From positions 288,001-352,000 of the forward strand of contig CAVYSY010000032.1 in NCBI GenBank assembly GCA_963771175.1: a stretch of DNA of 64,000 nt, written 5' to 3'. This stretch comes from an uncultured delta proteobacterium (lineage in GTDB: Bacteria > Myxococcota > Myxococcia > Myxococcales > Myxococcaceae). Below are positions 56,114 through 64,000 of this stretch, in pieces. Numbering within the stretch: the first letter of the stretch is position 1; the number at the start of each line of letters is the position of its first letter. The notes under the pieces were generated by a model, which was not told the origin of the DNA, made no database searches, and saw nothing but the letters and a program-made list of their open reading frames with translations. The position numbers were made by a program, and so were the translations under genes.

Positions 56114-57004
56114 ATGCTGTCGCGAACCTCCCTGCCCGCCCTCTTGGTTGGCCTCGTCAGTCTGCTCAGTCTCGCGCTGCTCGCGACTCCCCCCCGCAAA
56201 CCGCCCCGTGGCCCCCACCAGGAGCCCCTCCTGCCCCGGCAGGAGCTGCTGTACATGGCGGGGCGCGGCCACCTGCAACTGGTGGCGGACTACTTCTGGC
56301 TCCAGGTCATCCAGGCGACCGGCAGCGCGCGGAAGGCCGAGGAGTACCGCGACGTCTACGGCTACGCGGACCTCACCACGGACCTGGATCCGAAGTTCGC
56401 CTTCGTCTACCCGTTCGCCGCCGGGGTGCTGCCCACCAACCTCGGGCGCGAGACCTGGGTCAATACCGAGGAGTCCACCCGCCTCTTGCGCAAGGGCCTG
56501 CCGCTGTTCCCCAACAGCCTCGAGATGAACGTGCTGTTGGCCTACAACCTGAGCAGCTTCCACCAGCAGTACAAGGAGGCTGCCCAGGTGTTGGAGCATG
56601 CCTCGACGCTGCCGGGCGCCCCCTCCTACCTGCCCGCCCTGGCCACCCGCCTCTATGCCCAGTCGGGCGAAGTGGAAGCCGGCCTCGCGCTGGCGCAGTC
56701 CCTCGCCGACTCGGCGCAGGATCCGTCCACCCGGGAGACCTTCCTGCAGCGCATCCGCGAGCTGGAGCTGGAGGCGGAGCTGCGGCGCGTGGATGCCGCC
56801 ATTGGCGAGTACCGTCAGCAGTTCGGCGTGGCCCCGCCCGACATCCAGACGCTGCTCTGGCTGGGCTTCCTGATGGAGCCTCCGAATGACCCGCAGGGCG
56901 GCGGCTTCTACATCGGTCACGACGAGCGTGCCTACGCAGAGACGCAGAATCGACGTCTCGAAATCTTCACCCCGAATAGCCGGGGCTACCAATGGAAGCG
57001 GTAG
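56114..57004 (+). CDS. pilG: PilG-like pilus accessory protein
   Basis: LVADYFWLQVIQ, TDLDPKF, TPR-like helices, DPQGGGFY; between pilA and the ABC ATPase. Confidence 0.78.
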   Translation: MLSRTSLPALLVGLVSLLSLALLATPPRKPPRGPHQEPLLPRQELLYMAGRGHLQLVADYFWLQVIQATGSARKAEEYRDVYGYADLTTDLDPKFAFVYPFAAGVLPTNLGRETWVNTEESTRLLRKGLPLFPNSLEMNVLLAYNLSSFHQQYKEAAQVLEHASTLPGAPSYLPALATRLYAQSGEVEAGLALAQSLADSAQDPSTRETFLQRIRELELEAELRRVDAAIGEYRQQFGVAPPDIQTLLWLGFLMEPPNDPQGGGFYIGHDERAYAETQNRRLEIFTPNSRGYQWKR

Positions 57005-57012
57005 GTGGAGCA

Positions 57013-57984
57013 GTGATGGCCATGGATGAACCCTCTCCCATCGAGATCCGAAACCTCTCCAAGACGTACCGGCTCGGCTTCTTCATGAACCGGCAGGTCC
57101 GCGCCCTCCAGTCGCTGGACCTCTCCCTCATGCCGGGTCAGGTGTATGGCCTGCTGGGCCCCAACGGCGCCGGCAAGTCCACCACCATCAAGATCCTCAT
57201 GAACCTGGTGCAGCCCTCCGGGGGAGAGGCGCGGCTCTTCGGCCTGGCGCCGAACAACCGGGAAGCGCGCCGGCGCGTGGGCTACGTGCCGGAGAACCCG
57301 GCCCCCTACGAGTACCTCACCGGCCGCGAGTTCGTCACCCTGTCGGGACGGCTGACGGGGATGAGCGGCAAGGAGCTCGATGACCGGGTGTCCGAGGTGC
57401 TCGGCATGGTGCAGATGACGCGCGCCGCGAACCTGCAGATCCGCCGCTACAGCAAGGGCATGGTGCAGCGCGTGGCACTGGCGCAGGCGCTCGTCTCCAA
57501 GCCGGACCTGCTCATCCTGGACGAGCCCACCTCGGGATTGGACCCCGTGGGCCGCCGGCAGATCCGCGACCTCATCCTCGAGGAGCGCCAGCGAGGCACC
57601 ACCATCCTCTTCTGCACGCACATCATCCCGGACGTGGAGGCGCTCTGCGACCGCGTGGCGGTGCTGGTGGGCGGACGGCGCGTGCGCGAGGGCAGCGTGG
57701 CGGAGCTGGTGAGCTCGCAGGCGACCCACATGGAGCTGACGGTGGAAGGGATGCCGCTGGAGCGCATCCAGGCGCTGGGCATCGAGCTGGAGCAGGCCCG
57801 CACGCTGGAGAACCGGGTGCTCCTGCGCGTGAAGGACGTGGACGCACAGCCGCTGCTCAAGCGGACCCTGGAGCAGGGTGGACGGGTCACCCAGCTCCAG
57901 CCCGCCCGCTTCTCGTTGGAAGAACTCTTCCTGCGCGCGCTCGAGGAGGCGCGGCAGGGCCCCGTCGGAGGAGAGATTTCGTGA
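57013..57984 (+). CDS. pilH: ABC transporter ATPase PilH
   Basis: GPNGAGKST, YSKGMVQRV, LILDEPTSGLDP. Confidence 0.85.
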   Translation: MMAMDEPSPIEIRNLSKTYRLGFFMNRQVRALQSLDLSLMPGQVYGLLGPNGAGKSTTIKILMNLVQPSGGEARLFGLAPNNREARRRVGYVPENPAPYEYLTGREFVTLSGRLTGMSGKELDDRVSEVLGMVQMTRAANLQIRRYSKGMVQRVALAQALVSKPDLLILDEPTSGLDPVGRRQIRDLILEERQRGTTILFCTHIIPDVEALCDRVAVLVGGRRVREGSVAELVSSQATHMELTVEGMPLERIQALGIELEQARTLENRVLLRVKDVDAQPLLKRTLEQGGRVTQLQPARFSLEELFLRALEEARQGPVGGEIS

Positions 57985-58751
57985 TGGGACCGTTCGTCGC
58001 CCTGGCACTCAATGGTTTCAGGGAGGCCCGGCGCAACCGGGTCACCCTGCTGGTGGCCATCTTCGCGCTCGCCATGCTGCTCTCCACCACGCTCGTGCTG
58101 GAGGTCACGGTCAACACGTTCGACCGAGTCCTCACCGACGTGGGCCTGGGGGCCATGAGCCTGATGCTGGTGCTGCTCACCATCTTCCTCTCCAGCGGGC
58201 TCATCTCGCGGGAGATTGAAAGGCGCACCATCTTCCTCATGGTGTCCAAGCCCATCTCGCGCGGCACCTTCCTGGTGGGCCGGCTGCTGGGCAACATGCT
58301 CACCGTCACGGTGCTGCAGATCGCCATGGCCGCGCTCTTCTTCCTGCTGATGCGCTTCTACAACTCGCCCATCACCTCCGCGCACCTGGCGGCGATCGGG
58401 ATGCTGTGGTTCGAGCTGTGGGTGCTCAGCGGCGTGGGCTTCCTGATGTCCAGCTTCTCCAGCCAGATGGTGTCCGCCTTCGTCACCGTCAGCGTCTACT
58501 TCGCCGGACACCTGGCCTCGGACATCTACAAGCTGGCCGGCAAGTCCAAGAGCGACGCGGTGCAGGAGCTGGGCAAGTTCGTGTACTACCTGCTGCCGGA
58601 CCTGTCGAAGCTCAACTACCGTCCGCACGCGACGTACAACGCCGTCATCACCAGCACGGAGCTGCTGACGTCCGCCGCGTATGCCATGGCCTTCACCGGC
58701 GTGCTGGTGTCGCTGGCCGTCGTCCTCTTCAACCGCCGGGACTTCCGCTGA
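57981..58751 (+). CDS. pilI: ABC permease PilI
   Basis: REIERRTIFLMVSKPISR, multiple TM helices, terminal FNRRDF. Confidence 0.85.
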   Translation: MMGPFVALALNGFREARRNRVTLLVAIFALAMLLSTTLVLEVTVNTFDRVLTDVGLGAMSLMLVLLTIFLSSGLISREIERRTIFLMVSKPISRGTFLVGRLLGNMLTVTVLQIAMAALFFLLMRFYNSPITSAHLAAIGMLWFELWVLSGVGFLMSSFSSQMVSAFVTVSVYFAGHLASDIYKLAGKSKSDAVQELGKFVYYLLPDLSKLNYRPHATYNAVITSTELLTSAAYAMAFTGVLVSLAVVLFNRRDFR

Positions 58752-58776
58752 GGCGCCCCGCGCGGGGCGGCGGGGC

Positions 58777-60180
58777 TCAGGGCTCGTCGTCCCGCTCGGA
58801 CAACCCGTGCTTGGCAAGACGGTAGCGGAAGGAGCGGAACGTCAGGCCGAGCAACTCCGCCGCCCGCGTCTTCACTCCGCTGGACTGCGCCAGGGCCGCC
58901 AGCAGGTAGCGCCGCTCGGCATCGTCCAGGTGGTGCTCCAGCGAGAAGCCCGGGCGTAAGGCCACCTCGCCTCCCGAGGGCTGGGCCGCGGCGGCAGCAA
59001 CCGGCTCTCCCCGAAGCGAGGGAGGCAGCGAGCCCAGCGTCAGCACGTCCCCGTCCGCCAGGGTCGCCGCGCGCTCGACGATGTTCTCCAACTGGCGCAC
59101 GTTGCCGGGGAAGGCATAGGCGGACAGCACGGCCAGCGCCTCCGGTGAGAAGCGCAACCCGGGCCGCCCCAGTTCCTTGCGCTGCCGCTCGAGGAAGTGC
59201 TCGGCCAGCAGGGGAATGTCCCCCGCGCGCTCGCGCAGCGGCGGCAGCTCCAAGGTAATCACGTTGAGGCGGTAGAAGAGATCCTCCCGGAAGCGCCCCG
59301 CCTTCACCTCGGCCTCGAGGCGCCGGTTGGTCGCCGCCACCACGCGCGCATGGAAGGGCACCTCCGCCGAGCTGCCCACCGGCTTCACCTTCCGCTCCTG
59401 CAGCACGCGCAGCAGCTTCACCTGGGTGGCCGGCGGCACCTCGCCAATCTCGTCGAGGAAGACCGTCCCCTCCCCCGCATGCGCGAGCAGGCCCGGCCGC
59501 TCGTGCGTGGCGCCGGTGAAGGCTCCCTTCACGTGGCCGAAGAGCTCGCTCTCCAGCACGCCCTCGTTGAGGGCCGCGCAGTTGACGGGGAGGAAGGGAT
59601 GGCCGGCGCGCGGGCTCTTGAGGTGGATGGCCTTGGCGATCAGCTCCTTGCCCGTGCCGCTCTCCCCATGGATGAGAACGGTGGAGCGCGTGGGCGCGAC
59701 CTTCTCCACCAGGCTCCACACCGCGCGCATCCGCTCGCTACGCCCCACGCCCACGATGCCCGTCCCGGGCACCAGGTGCTCGCGCAGCGAGACGTTCTCC
59801 CGGCGCAGCATGCGCTTCTCCAGCGCCTTCTGCGCCAGCAGCTTCAGCTCCTCGTTGTCGAAGGGCTTGCCGATGTAGTCGTACGCCCCCTCGCGCATCG
59901 CCTCCACCGCCGAGGCCGCCGTGCCGAAGGCGGTGATGACGATGACCTCGGGTGGGTCCGCCAGCGCCCGCGCGGCGCGCAGCACGTCCATGCCGCTCTG
60001 CGAGGGGCCCAGCTTCATGTCGGTGACGACCAGGTCCACCGCCGTCGACGAGCCCAGCACCTCCTTGGCCGCCTTCACACCCTCCGCGCACGTCACCTGG
60101 TAGCCCGCACGGGTGAGCAGCACCTCCAGGAACTCGCGCATCGACAGCTCGTCATCCACTACCAGCACGTGCACGGCCAC
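58777..60180 (-). CDS. pilR: Sigma54 response regulator PilR
   Basis: Receiver domain, [33 protein letters not shown]. Confidence 0.9.
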   Translation of the reverse strand: MAVHVLVVDDELSMREFLEVLLTRAGYQVTCAEGVKAAKEVLGSSTAVDLVVTDMKLGPSQSGMDVLRAARALADPPEVIVITAFGTAASAVEAMREGAYDYIGKPFDNEELKLLAQKALEKRMLRRENVSLREHLVPGTGIVGVGRSERMRAVWSLVEKVAPTRSTVLIHGESGTGKELIAKAIHLKSPRAGHPFLPVNCAALNEGVLESELFGHVKGAFTGATHERPGLLAHAGEGTVFLDEIGEVPPATQVKLLRVLQERKVKPVGSSAEVPFHARVVAATNRRLEAEVKAGRFREDLFYRLNVITLELPPLRERAGDIPLLAEHFLERQRKELGRPGLRFSPEALAVLSAYAFPGNVRQLENIVERAATLADGDVLTLGSLPPSLRGEPVAAAAAQPSGGEVALRPGFSLEHHLDDAERRYLLAALAQSSGVKTRAAELLGLTFRSFRYRLAKHGLSERDDEP

Positions 60181-60194
60181 GCTCTCCCTTCGCC

Positions 60195-61805
60195 TCAACC
60201 CCGCAGTGGCAGCTGGATGAGGAACTCGGTGCCCTCTTGCGGTGAGGAGCGTACGCGGATGTTGCCACCGTGCGCACGCACGATGGAGTACGCCGTGGAC
60301 AATCCCAGCCCGGTGCCGCCCTCCCGGGTGCTGAAGAAGGGCTCGAAGATGCGCGACAGGTCCGCCACGGGAATGCTGCCCGCCGAATCCCAGATGCGCA
60401 GCAGGGCCGACTCCGCCGCGACATCCAGCGTCACGCGCACCCGCCCGCCCCGGCCCGCGGCCTGGAAGGCGTTGCGCAGGATGTTGATGAGCACCTGCCG
60501 GAGCTGATCCGGATCCACCGGCATGCGCACGGGCGCCAGGACCATCTCCACCTGGATTTCCTGGGCGATGGGGTCCACCCGCAACATGTCCACCGTCTCC
60601 GCCACCAGCACCTCCAGCTCCAGCTCCCGCCGGGACGGCGGTGGCGGGCGGGCGAAGCGCAGGAAGTCGTCCACCAGCTTGGAGAGCCGGTCCGATTCCC
60701 GCAGGAGGATCTCCACCAGCTTGGCCGAGGTCGGGTCCGTCGTCCCGGGCTCCTGCAGGAGGAGCTGCGCCGAGCCGCGCATGGCGGCCAGGGGGTTGCG
60801 GATCTCATGCGCGAGCTGAGCGGATAGCGTCCCCAGGGCCGCCAGCCGATCCGCGCGCTTCAGGTCCTCCTCGATGCGGCGCAGCTCGGTGAGATCCTGG
60901 AAGACAATGAGCGTGCCCCCGTCCCCCGGCTCATCCAGCCCCGTCACCGTCAGCCCCAGCGTGCGCGTGCCGGCTGGCGTCTGCACCGTCAGCTCCCTGC
61001 GGCGCAGGCGGGCGTCCGACCCCAGCGCCCCAGGCAGCACCGACTCCACGAGGGTGCCCGGCGACAGCCGCGGCTCCAGCGCCAGGATGGAGGAAGCGGC
61101 CCGGTTGACGAAGGTGACGACGCCCGCCGCGTCACTGGTGATGAGCCCCGAGGGCATGCAGGCGAGGATCTGCCGCTGCAGGGTGTCCAGCTTCTGGAGG
61201 TCCGCCTCACGCTCCGAGAGCTGGCCACCAGCGGCCGAGAGCTGGCGCGACAGGTAGCCCGCCAGCACGGCCATGAGGAAGAAAGCCAGCAGGTTGCTGA
61301 TCAGCAGGAAGAGGATCCGCTGCCGGCTGAGCGGAGCGATGCTCAGGGGCGGCTCCATCCAGCCGTACTTCACCGCCAGCAGCAGCAGCGTATAGGCGAT
61401 CGCCCCGGCGCCCGCGGCCACGAGCGCGCCCCGACCATCCAGCAGGATGCTCGCGCCGATGACGGCCAGCAGGTAGGTGAAGGTGAAGGGGCTGTCTCCG
61501 ACACCCGTCAGGAAGACGAGCATCGAGGCGACGATCAGGTCTCCCGCGACCTGCACCACCGCCGCCATCCGGTCCACCCCGCGGCCCCCGCGAAGCATGA
61601 GGCCGTAGACCAGGGTGAAGACGTACACGATCCCGATGACCGCGAAGGACAACATGTCCGCGCGGCTGGGCTCTTCGACGGGCTGGAGGAACAGCCGCGC
61701 GGCGACGGCCACCAGGGAGAGGCTGGTGGCCACCGTGCGGAACACGGTGAGCCAGACCAGCCGGGTGCGGAGCCTGTCCGCCTCCGGCCGGCCGGCGAGG
61801 ACCAA
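60195..61805 (-). CDS. pilS: Sensor kinase PilS
   Basis: Multi-TM N-terminus, PAS, LAHEIRNPL, GTGLGL; start approximate. Confidence 0.88.
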   Translation of the reverse strand: MVLAGRPEADRLRTRLVWLTVFRTVATSLSLVAVAARLFLQPVEEPSRADMLSFAVIGIVYVFTLVYGLMLRGGRGVDRMAAVVQVAGDLIVASMLVFLTGVGDSPFTFTYLLAVIGASILLDGRGALVAAGAGAIAYTLLLLAVKYGWMEPPLSIAPLSRQRILFLLISNLLAFFLMAVLAGYLSRQLSAAGGQLSEREADLQKLDTLQRQILACMPSGLITSDAAGVVTFVNRAASSILALEPRLSPGTLVESVLPGALGSDARLRRRELTVQTPAGTRTLGLTVTGLDEPGDGGTLIVFQDLTELRRIEEDLKRADRLAALGTLSAQLAHEIRNPLAAMRGSAQLLLQEPGTTDPTSAKLVEILLRESDRLSKLVDDFLRFARPPPPSRRELELEVLVAETVDMLRVDPIAQEIQVEMVLAPVRMPVDPDQLRQVLINILRNAFQAAGRGGRVRVTLDVAAESALLRIWDSAGSIPVADLSRIFEPFFSTREGGTGLGLSTAYSIVRAHGGNIRVRSSPQEGTEFLIQLPLRG

Positions 61806-61815
61806 TCCGCCGACG

Positions 61816-63072
61816 CTACTTGACGGCACCGGCGATGGCGAAGATGGGCAGGTACATCGAGATGAGGAAGCCACCGACCACGCCGCCGAGGAACACCATC
61901 ATCAGCGGTTCGATCATCGCCGTCATGCCCGCGACCGCCGTGTCCACCTCGTCGTCGTAGAAGTCGGCGATCTTGTTGAGCATCGTGTCCATGGCGCCGG
62001 TGGCCTCGCCCACGCCGATCATCTGCACCACCATGGGCGGGAACACCTTCGTCTCCAGCAGCGGGCCGGCGATGTTCTTGCCCTCGGCGATCTTCCCACG
62101 CACGTAGTAGATGGCCTCTTCCACCGAGCGATTACCGGCCGTCTTCGCGGTGACGTCCAGCGCGTCCAGGATGGGCACGCCCGAGGAGATCATCGTGCCG
62201 AGCGTACGGGTGAAGCGCGCCACCGCGACCTTGCGGATGACGGGCCCGATGATCGGTGCCATCAGGAACACCTTGTCCAGGAAGCGTCGTCCCTGGGGGT
62301 TGCGGTACGTGTACGTGAAGGCCATCACGATCGCCGCGATGATGCCCAGGGCGTGCAGGATGTAGTTCTGCAACCACTCGGACAGGTCCACCACGAACTG
62401 GGTGGGCCCGGGCAGCGCCTGACCGAAGTCCGAGAACATCTTCGCGAACGTCGGCGTCACCTTGAGGAGCAGCAGCGCCGTCACGCCGACGGCCACCAGC
62501 AACACGATGACCGGGTAGGTCATCGCGCCCTTGACCTTGCGCTTGAGCTTCTCGTTCTTCTCGCGGTAGGCCGCGAGCCGGTTGAGGATGTTGTCGAGAA
62601 TACCGCCGACCTCACCCGCCGCGCACAGCTGCACGAAGAGCTCGTCGAAGACCTTGGGGTGGTCTCCCAGCGCGTCCGCGAAGGTGGAGCCCTGCTCCAC
62701 CTTGCTCTTGATGGCGAACACGACCTTGCGGAAGGCCGGGTTGTCCATCTGGCTGCCGAGGATGTCGAGGCACTGCACCAGCGGCAGACCCGCGTCGATC
62801 ATCGTCGCGAACTGACGGGTGAAGACGAGGATGTCCTTGCCCGTGACGGCCGAGCCGAAGCTGATGTTGAGGTCCGCGTCGAGCAGACCCTTGCGCCGGA
62901 CCTTGACCGGGTTGAGGCCCAGCGACTTGAGGCGGGCGTTGACGGCCTCGATATCCGAGGCCTCCATCTCCCCCTTCTTCGTCTCGCCAGACTTGGTCTT
63001 GGCCTCCCAGAGGAACTGGGCGGTGTTCTTCTGTTTGGATGGTGCGGATTTCTGGGTCGCCGTTGCCGCCAT
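61816..63072 (-). CDS. pilC: Platform protein PilC
   Basis: FTRQFATMIDAGLPL, AGEVGGILD, MYLPIF. Confidence 0.96.
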   Translation of the reverse strand: MAATATQKSAPSKQKNTAQFLWEAKTKSGETKKGEMEASDIEAVNARLKSLGLNPVKVRRKGLLDADLNISFGSAVTGKDILVFTRQFATMIDAGLPLVQCLDILGSQMDNPAFRKVVFAIKSKVEQGSTFADALGDHPKVFDELFVQLCAAGEVGGILDNILNRLAAYREKNEKLKRKVKGAMTYPVIVLLVAVGVTALLLLKVTPTFAKMFSDFGQALPGPTQFVVDLSEWLQNYILHALGIIAAIVMAFTYTYRNPQGRRFLDKVFLMAPIIGPVIRKVAVARFTRTLGTMISSGVPILDALDVTAKTAGNRSVEEAIYYVRGKIAEGKNIAGPLLETKVFPPMVVQMIGVGEATGAMDTMLNKIADFYDDEVDTAVAGMTAMIEPLMMVFLGGVVGGFLISMYLPIFAIAGAVK

Positions 63073-63124
63073 ACAGCCCTCCGAAGGGGTGCGCGAGTCT
63101 ACTCCCGCGCTCTAATTTCGCGAA

Positions 63125-64000
63125 TTAGCGACCGGCAGGACCGGCCGGCCGCTGTCCAGGCACGCCACCGGCGCCGGACAGAAGGTTGCGCAGCTCCTCG
63201 GGGTCGCTCGAGCGGCCAAAGGCCTCGTCCTGGGTGATGATCCGCCGCGCCAGCAGCGCCGCCAGGGCCTGATTGAAGGTCTGCATGCCGTACTTCGCCT
63301 GGCCCACCTGCATCGACGAGTACACCTGGTGGACCTTGTCCTCACGGATGAGGTTGCGGATGGCGGGGTTGGGTATCATCACCTCCAGGGCCAGCACGCG
63401 GCCCGGAGAGCCCGCCTTGGCGATGAGCGCCTGGCTCATCACGCCCTCGAGCACGAACGAGAGCTGCGCGCGCACCTGCGGCTGCTGGTACGGCGGGAAC
63501 ACGTCCAGCACGCGGTTGATGGTCTGCACCGCGCTGTTGGTGTGCAGCGTGGCGTAGCAGGTGTGGCCCGTCTCGGCGATCACCAGCGCCGCCTCGATGG
63601 TCTCCAGGTCGCGCAACTCGCCCACCAGCACCACGTCCGGGTCCTGACGGAGGATGTACTTGAGCGCCGTCTTGAAGTTGCGCGTGTCCGCCCCCACCTC
63701 GCGCTGGTTCACCAGGCAGTTCTTGTGCGGGTGCAGGTACTCGATGGGATCCTCGATCGTCATGATGTGCTCGTGACGGTCGGTGTTGATCTTGTCGATC
63801 ATCGAGGCCAGCGTGGTGGACTTGCCCGAGCCCGTGGGACCCGTCACCAGGATGAGGCCACGCGGCTTCTTCACCAGCTCGGCCACCACGGGGGGCAGGC
63901 CGAGCTCCTGGAAGGTGAGGATCTTGAAGGGAATGGTCCGGAACGCGCCGGCCACCGCGCCACGCTGCATGTAGATGTTGGCGCGGAAGCGGGACAGCCC
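63125..64000 (-). CDS. pilT: Retraction ATPase PilT (5' end outside the window)
   Basis: GPTGSGKSTT, EDPIE, LRQDPD, TGH..TLHTN, AIRNLIRE, GMQT. Confidence 0.96.
   Translation of the reverse strand, partial: GLSRFRANIYMQRGAVAGAFRTIPFKILTFQELGLPPVVAELVKKPRGLILVTGPTGSGKSTTLASMIDKINTDRHEHIMTIEDPIEYLHPHKNCLVNQREVGADTRNFKTALKYILRQDPDVVLVGELRDLETIEAALVIAETGHTCYATLHTNSAVQTINRVLDVFPPYQQPQVRAQLSFVLEGVMSQALIAKAGSPGRVLALEVMIPNPAIRNLIREDKVHQVYSSMQVGQAKYGMQTFNQALAALLARRIITQDEAFGRSSDPEELRNLLSGAGGVPGQRPAGPAGR

Overview
High-GC myxobacterial chromosome segment (Myxococcaceae/Archangiaceae-like, judged from gene content). The conserved core consists of ctpA, ftsE-ftsX-envC, a likely romY, carF, murI, tolQRAB, tamA/tamB-exeA-sgmX, accC-accB-efp-mglC and the type IVa pilus cluster (pilQPONM, pilR2/S2, pilD, pilAGHI, pilR/S, pilC, partial pilT). 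The best novelty candidate is at 4059-6155. An unannotated 29-aa peptide gene (MKIKTNIRGG-LASVYTISLGGGCRSYQLA) has a good RBS and its own terminator and lies directly upstream of a 595-aa protein of unknown family whose N-terminus looks like an RRE/PqqD winged helix; together these form a candidate minimal RiPP system with an unrecognised maturase. Other notable items are a Cys-rich lipoprotein plus partner gene (toxin/immunity-like) between two ~670-bp direct repeats of an SLC13 permease 5' end, and pilA-pilG-pilH-pilI lying opposite to the rest of the pil cluster. Many single-base frameshifts in conserved genes (12.5-25.3 kb, 41.7-44.3 kb) are most likely consensus errors, so coordinates there are approximate.
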